Positions 1-12,810 of a stretch of DNA of 64,000 nt are shown piece by piece (position 1 is the stretch's first letter; every line of letters starts with the position of its first letter). The DNA lies in contig NC_043001.1 in assembly GCF_006345805.1 (NCBI RefSeq), forward strand, positions 27,342,001-27,406,000, read 5' to 3'. The notes beneath the pieces were generated by a model. It had not been told where the DNA came from and made no database searches. It saw only the letters and a list, made by a program, of their open reading frames with translations. A program made the translations under genes and the position numbers. Origin of the DNA: Octopus sinensis (taxonomy: Eukaryota).

Positions 1-1697
1 TTCAATTTTCTCTTTCTTAATTGAAAATGTGCTAGAGCCCATATACTTTTGACAAACAGAATCAATAGTTATATATCTGTATTAGATTTTTAGTTATACT
101 GCTAGCTTCAATGTAAGTTATCTACAACTAACTTCATTGGACAAAAGGTCATATATGCTTGAAGTTTGTTTTCAAGACACTTACAGTAATACAGGTTTGC
201 AAAACAGTAGAATGTTAAACTGGATACTTTACTGTGTCTTATTCAGAAACTCTTACGAGGGTGTCATCAATCTACTTAGTTTGTCACATGTAGTCATTCA
301 CATGTGTCATATAACTGCACATCTCATCTTTTGGCTAATTACCAGGGTGTAGTAGGTCTGTTCAATTATAGATGTTCTCCCTTAACAATAAGGCTTTGAA
401 TCTATACAAAAATGAACCATTATTAAAAGCATATGTGCTGAACAGCTAGGATTTCAATTAAAGTAGTGCACAGTTTTCAACTGACTGCACTTGCACAAGC
501 AAGATGTTTCCAATTCTCTCCAACGTAGATGGTATATCTATAAGATCCTCATACTATTTATACTGTGAAATACGTTAGTGATAACTCATTTAATATATAG
601 TCAAACTAATAAAGTATGCTTTATATCAAATGAAAGATATGGGATATTAATTTGAAGGACAATGGTTAAAAGACATGCATTTTTTATGTCATGCTACAGT
701 CTACAGCTCATCGAATCAGTGTATTTATAACCTCCAGCCTACATTTGATCTCAAGATTCTAGTTTTCTAATTTGTTGAATAATGTTTCAATAAAGAAAAA
801 ATGAAAAATAGCAAATAGTGCAGGTATCAATCTAATTGATTGTGAATTCATAGTCTACTGCGGGTGTTTTACTATCTATAGGTAAAACACTTAGTCCTGC
901 TAGCTTTGTATAACTTGACTGGAGAATGAGCATCAGGCCTTTGTGACAAAAGTTAACACTTCACAAACCAATGATCTATGAGAGTGATTGCAAATTATGG
1001 CTCTGAAGGATGTCTTTCTGGATGGCATGCCTAACAGTTTTTCAGTATTGTGGTTCACCTGATGATGAGTCATGTTTCACGCAGCCTGCTTCTCAAAAAA
1101 GATTGCCTATGTCTAATTCATGGACCCAATGGTCTATGATTTGTGAAAGGATCAACAAACCTATAAATAAATTAGTAGCTAACTGTAATTGGGTAACATA
1201 AGTTTTATTATCAATTTTTATGTGCCTCAACTATGTTATTCCAATATAGTGGCTACTAATTTAATAAACCCCTGAAAAATATTTTAAAATTCTGTCAGCT
1301 TTATCAAGATTGTTAAACACTCCAAATAATGTGTTTTGATTATCTTTTTACTACATTAAATCATTCTACTCTACTCTCGAGCTGGCAGAAATATTAGCAC
1401 GCCAAGCAAAATGCTTAGCAGTATTTCATCTGTCTTTATGTTCAGAATTCAAATTCTGTCAAGGTCAACTTTGCCTTTCATCCTTTCAAGGTCAATAAAT
1501 TAGGTACCAGTTGTGCACTGGAGTCGATCTAATCGACTGGCCCCCTCCCCAAAATTTCGGGTCTTGTGCTTAGAGTAGAAAAGATTTTACTCTACTCTTG
1601 TTTTAATATGTTTTCTATAAAATTTATCAAAATTATATTACTGATACACTTCTTGAAATAATTTTTTTTTTTATTATTTCTGAATTTCTATCTTCAG

Positions 1698-1842
1698 TGT
1701 GCCAGAACTTGTTTATATCATCGAGAGTTTGTCTGTAAAGCATTCCATTATTATGAGAAGGACTAGCAATGCAAGTTGTTTGATACAACAAAGAGTTTTA
1801 GCATTAGACCACTTTCCAGTGGATCTTATTATGTACTTTCAC
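1698..1842 (+). CDS. Modular serine protease exon: C-terminal half of a PAN/apple domain (contains in-frame TAG at 1764-1766)
   Basis: Polypyrimidine tract and ttcAG acceptor at 1696-1697. Translates CARTCLYHREFVCKAFHYYEKD*QCKLFDTTKSFSIRPLSSGSYYVLS, the PAN pattern C-x3-C...F-x-C-x-x-F-x-Y...C-x-L...YY. The GTAAGG donor at 1843 is phase 1, matching the next LDLa exon. This frame is not in the ORF track. Confidence 0.8.
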
Positions 1843-1904
1843 GTAAGGCCATCTTTGATTCTTCATTGTTACCAGGGAACATATTCAGTAATTAACATTG
1901 AGCT

Positions 1905-2101
1905 AAACTCTTTCAATACTAACCTGCCCAAAACTACTCCTGGTTCTATTCCTGCTTTAATATGATTTAAATTAATGTCTGCCATTAAAATCACATGTTA
2001 ATTTCTGCTTCAAACTTCAGCTGTAAATTCATTGTTTTTAATGAAATTAATTGAAATAAAGGCAGTTTATTTCAACCGAAATATGGCAACAAAAGAGTTA
2101 A
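1905..2101. mobile_element. Degenerate piggyBac-type MITE
   Basis: Ends (aa)ctctttcaatac... and ...gcaacaaaagagTTAA resemble the 220-bp TTAA MITEs at 27359 and 31745. Confidence 0.55.
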
Positions 2102-3328
2102 GTAAAAGAAAAGTTAATCATTATTTTCTCAATACATCAGCAACTGTTTATGTGTATTCAGAATGAAATATATTTTCTAGAAGTTGTGTTTTACAACAGA
2201 AAATGTCTTTTGCATCTTGACTTCAGAAAATATCTGTCTAAAAGACTGAGATTTAATACTGAAGGACTAAGGAGTTGCTTAGTTGAGCATTAGAGAATGA
2301 TTGAATTGGTTGTGACTGGTGGTAATTGTGGTTATTGTTGAAGATTATAACACTCCACAGTATGGTCTACACTCATTCTAAAAATTTGCATTCGACCAGG
2401 AAGAAACCTTGCACTTTCTCCAAATGACATTTTGTGTTGGTTCAGAAACTGAAAAATTTCTGCAACTTCTTTTCTCCCAACACTTACCATTTTACCATGT
2501 AAATACCAAGCAATGCCTATCTTGTTACTTTGCCAAGCTTCAACAATGTAGATGAAGCAGTATCTTTTGTCTTGTACCATAAACAGATTTTTATAAAAAG
2601 TATTTTAACTAAATTTCTGGTTGTAATTTTATTTAAATATAGAGTAGGAATGTTCTTAATTCCTGAAACCAGAATTGGTTTCTGTTTCTGAGCTATGAAC
2701 AAATCACTACTTATTCCAGTTTATTTGACTGACAAAAACAAGATCCACTCCCACTTCACAGTTGAGCAGGAAACTGCAGAAACAAGACAAAAAATATGTA
2801 TAAAAGAATCATAAAAATATGTGGGTTAATTAGGGTGAGTTTCAGCTTAGCTGTATGGTATTTAGTTTGTTGCCTTAATTATCTAAATTTAATGAAGTTG
2901 ACTTAGAATTTCCTATTATTGAAAATTGCAAAATAAATTCTATAAACCAAGTGTGGAACCCATCTTTAACTCCAGATAGAAGCCAATGTACAAGTTACAA
3001 ACTGCAATTCCAAACTTTGAATTCATAGAATTAATGGAACAATAAATTTTATAGCTGAATGTCCTTCTTAGAATAATGACGTACTCAACCAAGGAACAGG
3101 AGTTATACTTATTTTCAGCAAGATGAATTAAAACTATAATCATAAAGTCTATATCTGTGAGTAGAATACAGTGTCAGTGATGAAGTTTGAATTTAATACA
3201 TCTTGCCTTAAAGTTCTGTTTTTAAACTTTTCAGTTATTGTTATTAACTGGTGTCCAAATGTTTATTACTGTGTCTGTTTATACTTTTCCTTTAATTTTT
3301 TTTTTTTTTATGGTGTTGATTCTTGTAG

Positions 3329-3439
3329 AAAACTGCACTTCCACAGACTTCCAATGTGACAATGGAAGATGTATTCCAGGGGAAGAAAAATGTAATGGAA
3401 GGGATGACTGCAATGATTTTTCTGATGAACAAGACTGTG
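3329..3439 (+). CDS. Modular serine protease exon: LDL-receptor class A domain 1
   Basis: AG at 3327-3328, GTATGT at 3440. [36 protein letters not shown] has six Cys and the DCxDxSDE motif; phase 1-1. Confidence 0.95.
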
Positions 3440-3797
3440 GTATGTAATATTTTATGAATATATATGTACGGCTGTGTGTATCTGTCTGTTTGTCTGCCTG
3501 TCTGTCTATCTATCTATCTATCTCACTTTCTCTTGCACACACACACACTCACATACACACACACTCTCTCTCTCTCTTTCTTTCTCTTTATATATATATA
3601 TATATATATTCATCATCATCATCCTTGTCATCATCAGTTAACATCCGTTTTCTATGCTGTCTTGGTTTCCACAACTGGATGCCCTTCCTAATGCCAACCG
3701 TTTTACAGAGTATACTGGATACTTCTTACATGGTGCCACCACCTACATCGGTACATTTTACATGGCACCTTGGTTTTACAATACCAATTCTGTTGTA

Positions 3798-4010
3798 AGG
3801 CAGCAAGCTGGCAGAAATATTAACATGCCGGGCGAAATACTTAGCAGTATTTCTTCTGTCTTTACATTCTGAGTACAAATTCTGCTGAGGTCGACTTTAC
3901 CTTTCACCTTTTGGGGGTCAATAAAATTAAGTACCAGTTGCATACTAGGATCAATCTAATTGACTGGGCCCCTCCCCCAAAATTTGGGGCCTTGTGCCTA
4001 GAGTAGAAAA
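3798..4010 (+). mobile_element. tRNA-derived SINE, family A (CORE-like); other copies at about 1381-1585, 5736-6320, 44288-44440, 49028-49255 (+) and 51912-52137, 60192-60455, 62177-62385 (-)
   Basis: Recurrent GAGCTGGCAGAA...GAGTTCAAATTCC (A/B-box-like) followed by GCCTTTCATCCTTTCGGGGTCGATAAA. Confidence 0.8.
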
Positions 4011-4381
4011 CAATACCAATTCTGTTATGGAGAATGGGTTTCCTTGAGTACAGCAATGTGCCACATACCGCAGTCCTCTGTCATATCTTTTGAATGGCAC
4101 AGAGTTTTGAGATCAGCCTTCAATACTTCATCCCATATCTTCCTGGGTCTCCTTCATCCACAACTTCCATCCACTTTAAGTGTTCAACATTTCTTTATGC
4201 AACTGTCTTCATTTATCTGCATCATGTGACCAAACCAGAGAAGTTTCCTCTCTTGCACACTGACAGAAACAAGTAGCACACACACACACAAACACACACA
4301 CCCATACATATTATAAGATGCATTCATTATTTTATATTTTTTATGCATTGTATTGGCATTTTTTTATTTTCAAAACAACAG

Positions 4382-4532
4382 GGGTTCCTGAAACGCTTGA
4401 GATTCGACTTGCAGATGGAGAAGAACATTCTGGAAGAGTAGAGATAAAATATCTTAATGAATGGGGTGTTGTGTGTGATGACAAGTGGGACATAAAGGAT
4501 GCTAACGTTGTTTGTCGTATGCTTGGATACAC
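4382..4532 (+). CDS. Modular serine protease exon: SRCR domain 1, N-terminal half
   Basis: [43 protein letters not shown] is the canonical SRCR motif. AG at 4380-4381, GTAAGT at 4533; phase 1-2. Confidence 0.95.
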
Positions 4533-4654
4533 GTAAGTAACCAACATTCATTCAAGATGCAATAGTACAAGATATGTAATAAATTTAGGACAGAAATAGT
4601 GATATGTTAGTTACCAATCACGCAATATTTGATACAAAACTGAATGATTACTCT

Positions 4655-4855
4655 CTTCTACTCTTTTACTTGTTTCAGTCATTTGACTGTGGCCATGCTG
4701 GAGCACCGCCTTTAGTCGTGCAAATCGACCCCAAGACTTATTCTTTGTAAGCCTAGTACTTATTCTATCGGTCTCTTTTGCCAAACTGCTAAGCTACGGA
4801 GACGCACCACCATCGGTTGTCAAGCGATGTTGGAGAGAGAAACACAGTCACACAA

Positions 4856-4912
<57 letters not shown>

Positions 4913-5085
4913 CATACATATATGTGACAGGCTTCTTTTCGGTTTCTGTCTACCAAATCCACTCACAAGGCTTTGGTCGGCCCAAGGCTATAGTAGAAGA
5001 CACTTACCCAAGGTGCCACACAGTGGGACTGAACCCAGAACCATGTGGTTGGTAAGCAAGCTACTTACCACACAGCCACTCCTGC
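4655..5085 (-). mobile_element. tRNA-derived SINE, family B; other copies at about 19585-19980, 49880-50235 (-) and 16165-16570, 36140-36490, 46398-46600, 54866-55030, 55255-55662 (+)
   Basis: Shared GGAGTGGCTGTGTGGTAAG...GGTTCAGTCCCAC head, internal (CA)/(TA) microsatellite and ...GACTGAAACAAGTAAAAGA tail. Confidence 0.82.
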
Positions 5086-5148
5086 ATCACTTACTGTAAA
5101 AAAAAAATTAATCCAGAATGGTTAATTTAATATCAAAATGATGACTAG

Positions 5149-5579
5149 CATATTTATTCTTGATTTGTTCTGGCAGATTCGTACATGAATATGCTAATCA
5201 CTGTAGTATTTTGTCAATGGAGAATTTCTTTCAAACATATGTGTGTTCAGAATACACTTGATTCATTAATGTAAGAGAACTTTAAGACACCTGGTGCTTC
5301 ATCATCATTGTGTCTCATCAGCTAAAGTTACCCTAGTCTAATGAATCTAACAAGAGTCTGTGGCTCTTGTTTATAAATTCAGCAAGCAAATTATTTGATT
5401 ATGTCTGCTAGTGTTTGCCAACCAATAACAAATTATCGTGGACAGTTCAACAGTGAGAATCAGAATGATGACTTATATATTCGCTCCTAATTCATGAAAT
5501 AAACATTCATCTGATGAAATACAACAGTGATTAGCATATTCATGTTTGGATCTGCCAGAATGAATTACGAATAAATATG
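5149..5579. mobile_element. MITE with about 60-bp terminal inverted repeats
   Basis: CATATTTATTC...CATGAATATGCTAATCACTG at the left end is the reverse complement, with a few mismatches, of CAGTGATTAGCATATTCATG...GAATAAATATG at the right end. Confidence 0.7.
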
Positions 5580-7020
5580 TATCTTAATATCATTCTCTCA
5601 AAGTTATCTTGCTCCCGTAGATGTTGTACAAGAGTTCGGTAGATTTGTCCTCATTGTTGCATGGTTTCTTTCTCTTAAATTTTTCTCCTAGGCTTTGGGA
5701 GAGGTCACAATTGGTATCATTAATAAATTGCTGAAGGCGGCAAGCTGGCAGAATCGTTAGCATACCGGTTGAAATGCTTAGCGGTATTTTGTCTGCTGCT
5801 ACATTCTGAGTTCAAATTCCACCGAGGTCAACTTTGCCTTTCATCCTTTCGGGGTCGATTAAATAAGTACCAGTTACACACTGGGGTCGATATAATTGAC
5901 TTAATCCATTTGTCTGTCCTCTCTGAATTTAGCCCCTTGTGGGTAGTAAAGAAATAGAAATAGGTATTTCGTCTGCTGCTACGTTCTGAGTTCAAATTCC
6001 GCCAAGGTCAACTTTACCTTTCATCCTTTCGGGGTCGATTAAAGAAGTACCAGTTACGCACTGGGATCGATATAATTGACTTAATCCGTTTGTCTGTCCT
6101 TGTTTGTCCTCTCTGTGTTTAGCCCCTTGTGGGTAGTAAAGAAATAGGTATAATGTATAATGGCAATTTATTCGTCTTTAAGCACTGAGTTTAAATTCCA
6201 CCAAGGTCAACTTTGCCTTTCATCCTTTTAAGGTCAATAAATTAAGTACCGGTCAAACATTGGGGTCAATGTAATCAACTTCTCCCCTCTCTCAAAATTT
6301 CAGGCCTTGTGCTTATTAATAAGTTAAACGATGATGATGATGATGATGATGTAACATAATTGGATAGACCAATTTATATATTAAACACATTGCTGGCAAC
6401 TGGTATATTTATTTTATTGCTTGCAAGGGTACATTATTTTGTTTTGTTGACACAAAAACAAACAAAAATTAAGTATAATGCTGTATCCTACTATGTGTTA
6501 ACAGTGCTTTAACTTTGATTTTATGATTATAGATTTTCTTTAGAATTCAGAGCCAGTACTGTAAGTCACAACATTTCACAAAAAAAAAATATGTCTATGT
6601 AAACAGTGTGATCAAAGATAGAAGTAAATAGGTAAAATTTTGCAGCCCAGTCCATTATGTGTAAATTTGTATTCTAAGTTGACACTACTTACAATTACAT
6701 GGAATGAAAGAAGTTTGAAACTGTAAAATGTATTTTTTTAATCCTGAGGTGCTGAGAAATAGTTTTTCTAAAGGCTTGGAAACTTCTATAAGGAACTACT
6801 CCAGCATATCCACTTTTTATGAAATCCAGAAAAAATTGAATCACATGGATTTTAAAATCTTTATGACATCTTTCTGTAATGGTGTAAAAGTGTTTGATTA
6901 TAACAATAACAACAACATCTCTCTTTTAGTTGGGATTATTGCTTTCATAGCAGGATCTGAACTCTTATTATGTATAAATAGGTACTTCATTATAGTTTGT
7001 GTGCTATGATAGAAATTCTA

Positions 7021-7374
7021 TTATTACCTCCGCCTTAGTGAAGGTATTGATTTCATTCATGTTTGTTTGCCTGTGGACAAGATATCTCAAGAACTGCTGG
7101 ATGGATTTGAAACAAACTTTCAGGGATGTTTGGCCTCATGACTGGCACAAACCAATTAGATTTTGGGATCAATCCAGTACCAGACAAGGATTCTGGATTA
7201 TTTTTCCTGTTTCTCTTTACTTAATTTTTGAGAGCAGTTGAGTTCATTTTTAGTATTCTCATTTGTGAGAGCAGTCGAGTTTATCTCAGATATTCTCATT
7301 TCAAAAGTCGTCTCCAGCTAATTGTTGAGAGGACGTCGGTGTTGCCTTGGTGGAGATCCCTGAATGCTCTTGTT
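7021..7374 (+). mobile_element. Non-autonomous Helentron-type (HINE-like) element
   Basis: 5' TTATTACCTCCGCC and subterminal 3' CCTTGGTGGAG followed by ...TGCTCTTGTT give the asymmetric sub-TIR layout typical of Helentron-associated elements. Confidence 0.6.
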
Positions 7375-7606
7375 ATGAGATTATAATTATCAAATATTAG
7401 AGAGTCAAATTCTGAGCATTGCAAAATTGATATAGCATAACATGTACAGACTAAAGATTTGCTAAGCAAACCATTATGACTAAAATAATTGTGAAAGTGT
7501 TATCTATCAATCTATCTGTCTGTCTGTCTATCTCCCTATCTATCTATTTATCTGCCTGTCTGTCTTTCTATCTCTTTATCTATCTATCTATCTAAAAATT
7601 TGATAC

Positions 7607-7949
7607 AGAGAGTTACTTATTTGTAAAAAAAAATGTAACATGTGACTTTATTGACCGAGGTTACCGTGGTCTTTTCTGTAGGCTTCTCTTTCCACGTGTA
7701 AACCTCACCTGTCTTCCCCTTTACACTTTATATTGACATTTCTGTGATAACGATCCCTATTGATTGATTTTTTCTTTTTCCTTTTATTTCTATTACCCCA
7801 CTTTTTTTTTGCTTTTGCTTTTCTCTTTCTTTCCTTTTACGATGCCTTTTGATCGAAAAGCAACCCCCCTTTTTTTATCCCAAAAAGAAAAGCTCTACCT
7901 TGTAATTTGTTCCGTCTGTGTGCAGCCTTGTGTGGCTAATAAAGAAACA

Positions 7950-7950
<1 letters not shown>
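7607..7950 (+). repeat. Dispersed repeat, probable LINE 3' end; second copy at about 41283-41588
   Basis: Two similar copies of about 300-340 bp ending in TGTGTGGCTAATAAAGAAACAT. Confidence 0.65.
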
Positions 7951-8036
<86 letters not shown>

Positions 8037-8068
8037 TTGTCTATCTCTTTGTCTGTCTATCTATCTAC

Positions 8069-8134
<66 letters not shown>

Positions 8135-8140
8135 GCCTGT
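7950..8140. repeat. (TATC)n/(TGTC)n microsatellite
   Basis: Direct tetranucleotide tandem array. Confidence 0.95.
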
Positions 8141-8491
8141 CAACCTGTCTGACTATAAGTAAACATTATCTCAAGTCTAAGGACTCCTAGTTCTGGTTAC
8201 CTGGTTACCATGCCATATAAGTGGTCGCAGTCACATCACTACCCCTGAATGGGGCACCAGACTGTCACAAAATTACTCTTTTACAGCTGAGTGTCCTAAT
8301 GCACCGTGCAATGAAGTGTTTTACATAAGAACACAATAAACTGCCCAGTCCAGGAATTGAAACCATATCTTGTGATTGTGATTGCTACACCCTTGCAGCT
8401 AGGTCATGCACCTTCACAAATTCAGATACACATATACATCATCATCATCATCATCATCGTTTAACGTCCATTCTCCATGCTAGCATGGGTT

Positions 8492-8526
<35 letters not shown>

Positions 8527-8610
8527 TGTGAGTGCGTGCGTGCTAGTGTGTATGTATATGTATATACACACACACACATATATATATATTCTTTTTTGTC
8601 TACTTATTAG

Positions 8611-8789
8611 AGCTGCAGTCAAAGCTATTCCTTTTTCCAATTTTGGACCTGGAAATGCAAACTTCTTACTAACCAATGTTGAATGTATAGGAAATGAAAC
8701 AAGCTTGTTAGACTGTCCCAAAAGTCCATGGCGTCAGCACAACTGCAAAAGACATGAGACTGCTAGCGTCATTTGTAAATTAGACAAAG
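8611..8789 (+). CDS. Modular serine protease exon: SRCR domain 1, C-terminal half
   Basis: AAVKAIPFSNFGPGNANFLLTNVECIGNETSLLDCPKSPWRQHNCKRHETASVICKLDK. AG at 8609-8610, GTAAGA at 8790; phase 2-1. Confidence 0.95.
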
Positions 8790-9060
8790 GTAAGATTGTT
8801 TTTGCATTGTATAAAAATTTGTACACTATCCTTATAAGAGAAGCTCTTGTATCAAATAAGTCGAATTGAATTACATTAAATTGTGTCTTCCTGTTTCAGT
8901 TGCAAAGGTCTATCTTCAGAAGAAAAGAACAGTCTAAGGTGTGTCTAGTGATGTAGGAACTGTTAATCCATTCAAACTCTTCTGTGTTTATGTAACAGCA
9001 ACAGTCACCAGTCACTCTTCAAGTGTATGTATAATCATTGTCTCACGCTATGGTGTAAAC

Positions 9061-9379
9061 CAGAGGTTCTCAGACTTTCTGGGGCACTGCCCCCACCTCA
9101 TGGCCATATAATACCCTCAGCTCTCCCACCCCTATTTTTATGTATAAATAAATATTTTATATTTTACTAATTTATATATACTATGTGTCATTTGATATTT
9201 AATATAATATAATTTGTACACAATACTATAATATAAATTCATAGTATCACCCAATCCACAGCCTTCCTTCTAATGCCTCCTTTTTCTATAACCCCTCGCT
9301 GCACAACCCCCTTAGACATCAAGCTCCCACCTGGACCCTCTGTGGGGCAGGGCAGTAGCACCCACTTTGAGGACCTATG
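9061..9379. mobile_element. hAT-type MITE
   Basis: TIRs CAGAGGTTCTCA / TGAGGACCTATG and a perfect 8-bp target-site duplication GTGTAAAC (9053-9060, 9380-9387). Confidence 0.85.
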
Positions 9380-9676
9380 GTGTAAACCAACAACAAACAC
9401 CCAGCTGTTGCTATAAACTGCTCCCCATTTGTAGTGTGATTCATTATATCAGTAGTAATAGTGACAGTTGCCCTTTAAGTGTTGCCAGCTGTCTGAGTGT
9501 TGGTGTAACCTTTGTAAACAACTCTCAGTTGTTGTTGTTGTAGGCCATTCACTATCTGTCGGATGCTGTCTTAGGAGCCACCAGTTCAACTTCTATCGAC
9601 TGTTAATTTTTGGGTTGAAGCAGTGGATCACGGAGCCTCTTTATAAGTAAATTGCCAGTGTTATTCTCAGAGGCTA

Positions 9677-10074
9677 GGGGTACTAGGTCTGTGGGAAGAC
9701 CATTCTTACGTTACAAGGATGTTTGCAAAAGGGACATGAAGGCCTGCAACATCAATATTAGCAATTGGGAAGCAGTTGCCAGCAACCGTGGAGATTGGCG
9801 ACGTACTGTAAAAGAGGGAATACAAAGGAGTGACAGAGAGAGAGGGGAGAAATGGAAAGACAAGAAAAGACATCAACAAGAAACTATGACATTACAACCA
9901 GCCAGGAACAGTCTTCGCCATATTTGTGGCACCTGCTAGAGGGAGTGTTTGTCCAGGATAGGACTACACAGCCACAGCAGGAAATGTATTAGGAGATGAA
10001 ATGTAAAAGCCGGACTAGATTATTTTATGTGCAACTCCATTGTCTCCTGAGACAAAAAGGATGCCAACCAACCG
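9677..10074 (+). mobile_element. 5'-truncated RTE-clade LINE
   Basis: GRPFLRYKDVCKRDM...W...ICGTC*RECLSRIGLHSH is an RTE C-terminus. (CCAA)n tail and a 13-bp TSD TTCTCAGAGGCTA (9664-9676, 10075-10087). Confidence 0.85.
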
Positions 10075-11363
10075 TTCTCAGAGGCTAATGTGGAGGCATC
10101 TATCTCCTTGGTGGTGTTTCCACATCTGGCTAGGTATTTGCTGAAGGAGGATGTGTTTGTGATGATAGGCTCCTCAATTCAGACCTTGAGTGGTCATGTT
10201 ATGCTACTGATGTATGTAGTTGTCACATCTGGAGCATTGTATTAGGTGTATCATGCATGTACGTAAACACATGTTAGAGTCAAGAATGGGGCAGTTTGTT
10301 AGGGTTCAGGGATATTAATAGGTGTTCACATAGGGATGGTCCTGAATGGGCCTGTGAATATTTCCCTGCAGGCAGCCTTGTAGATAATGGAGGTGGTTTC
10401 TCACTGAAGTGGGAAATCTTCAGGAAACAGGCTTTAGAGAGATATGTCTTGGAATGTTTAGCTGGTCTATGTTTTTGTGTGGAGTTAGAGACAGATGTAG
10501 GATATTCGTTGGCCCCCAAGTGTCTTTAGGAACTGAGTAACATGTGCATCCTGGATGAAAATGCAGACTTTTTACCAAGCAATTTTGAATGTTTAGCAAC
10601 TGAAACAAGCTCCTTCTGCAAACATCTGACCAGATGTAGCAATACCACTAAGGAGATAGATGCCTCCAATTTAGCCTCTGAGACTAACACCAAAAATTTA
10701 CCTATAAAAGAGGCTCTGCTGATCCACCACTTCAACCTGAAAATTAACAGTTGATTGGAGTTGATCCAGTGAATGGCCTACAACAGCATCCGAGATTTGT
10801 TTATACCAACACTCGGTCAGCTGTCAACACTTAAAGAGCGGCTGGCATTACTACTACTACTGCTGATATAATACCATCACACTAAGAATGGTGAGTAGCT
10901 TATAGCAATAGCTGGATGTTTGTTTGTTTACACCAAAGCATGGGTCATTGATTATACCTACGTTTGGAGAACAATTGCTGCTGTTACATAAATGCTGGGA
11001 AGTTAGAATGGATTAAGAAATCCTACATAACTGGACTTTTCTTAGACTGTTCTTTTCTTCTGAAGATGGGCCTTTGTGCCTGAAATATAAAGGTTTTATT
11101 AAACTTTCCACATTGTCAAAAGCTGTCTATTTTCTCTCTTTTTATATTCTTCAATATTACAATGCTTCTAGTGAACTACAATGCTCTTATGCTTCTTCCT
11201 ATCACTCATACTGGATATTAATTTTACTCATTAGCGAGTGAATTGAAGTGAGTGGACTGGTGCTTATTTTATTTCCAACAGAAAATAATCATCAGTAAAA
11301 ATAATGAAGTCAGTTGAATTTCCTTCTCCAAAACTTGTGGGTTTGTGTCCAAGTAAGAACCAT

Positions 11364-11364
<1 letters not shown>

Positions 11365-11394
<30 letters not shown>

Positions 11395-12810
11395 CATCAT
11401 TGTTTACCATTTGATTTCCAGGCTGGCATGGGTTGGACAGTTTGATTGAGGATGGCAAACCAGGATGCCGCATCAGACTCCAGTCTGATCTGGCAAGGTT
11501 TCTACAGCTGGATACCCTTCCTAATGCCAACCACTCTGAGAGTTTAGTGGGTGCTTTTTATGTTCCACTGGCATGGGAGCCAGTCATGTGGCATTGGCTA
11601 TGACCATACTCGAACAGTGCTTTTTTTACATACCACCAGCACAGGACCAGTCAGGCAGCACTGGCAATGACCACACTCAAATGGTGCCTTTTATGTGCCA
11701 CCTGCACAGGGACCAGTCCAGTGGGACTGGCATTGATCACAATCAAATGGTGCTTTTTACATGCCACCAGCACAGGTGCCAGTAAGGTGGTACTGGCATT
11801 GGCTGCGACAATGATTTCACTTGACTCAACAAGTCTCCTCAAGCACAGTATATTGCCCAATGATTGAAGGCTACTCTTAAATGGGCTGGTTATGTGACAC
11901 TGGTCTCACTCGGTTTTCCAGGTCTTCTCAAACACAGCATATCTCCAAATGTCTCAGTCGCTTGTCATTGCCTCCGTGGGGCCCAACATTTGAAGGCCGT
12001 GTTTCATCACCTCATCCCAGGTCTTCCTGGGTCTACCTCATCCACAGGTTCCCCCCACTGTTAGGGTCTAACACTTTTTCACACAGCTGTCCTCATCCAT
12101 ACACAACACATGAACATACAGTGCAGTTGTCTCTCTGGCACACCACACCTGATGCTTTTTATGTCCAACTTTTCTCTCAAGGCACTTACACTCTGTCATG
12201 TATGCACTGACATTACCCATCCAGCAGAGCATACTAGCTTCATTTCTTGCAAGCTTATGCATGTCTTCAGCAGTTACGGCCCATGTTTCACTGCTGTATA
12301 GTATGGCAGTTCACACACATGTGTCATACAGTCTACCTTTCACTCTGAGTGAGAGGATCTTTGTTACCAGCAGATGTAGGAGCTCTCTGAACTTTGCTCA
12401 GGCTATTCTTATTCTAGCAGCTATACTCTCAGAACATTCACCCCTGCTACTGACTTGGTTACCTAGGTAACGGAAGCTATCAACTACTTCTAGCTTTTCC
12501 CCCTGGCATGTGATGAAAGCTGTTTTCTGCACATTTTCAGTGTTTATTGCCCCTGTGCATCTGCCACACACAAAAACTATCTTCTCAGTTAATCTTCCTC
12601 TAATATTGCTGCACCTGTTATGTGTCCATAGCTTACACTGGGTACATCTTATGGAGTTTCTACATATGCCTTTTCTACAGATTGAGCAGGGCCATCTACC
12701 TGAAGGGATTTGTGATTTGTCTGCCTTCCTACTTACTTAGACTTTAGTTTTTGCTAGATTGACACTAAGGCCCTTCAATTCTAGACCTTGCTTCCACACT
12801 TGAAATCTCC
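11365..12810 (-). mobile_element. RTE-clade LINE remnant (RT C-terminus, 3' UTR, (GAT)n tail); related pieces at about 18020-19110, 45613-45900, 46600-46970, 48190-48470, 56330-56600, 57900-58205, 61595-62170 (-) and 38770-39435, 43400-43830 (+)
   Basis: Decayed RT peptides (LEIVDSFCYL...RIRIGWPKFRELLPLL; QFGFVPSRSTTDAIFLVRQ) and a shared 3' UTR ending in GAT repeats. Confidence 0.8.

Larger units (their letters stand above)
8890..11085. mobile_element. Penelope-like element remnant in inverted arrangement, with nested insertions
   Basis: 8890-10160 is the reverse complement of about 10610-11085, apart from the insertions. The + arm encodes a GIY-YIG C-terminal-like IKEALLIHHFNLKIN. Confidence 0.7.

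Noticed and set aside
1765-1767. The AG of the in-frame TAG used as an alternative in-frame 3' splice site
   Set aside because: The upstream sequence is purine-rich with no pyrimidine tract, and this would delete three PAN cysteines.
1699-1965. 88-aa ORF from the track
   Set aside because: It is an off-frame reading of the PAN exon; the +1698 frame has the domain signature.
7764-8190. ORFs with YLSI/LSVC repeats, and similar ORFs at 3454, 25552, 26032, 33262 and 58612
   Set aside because: These are translations of microsatellites, not genes.
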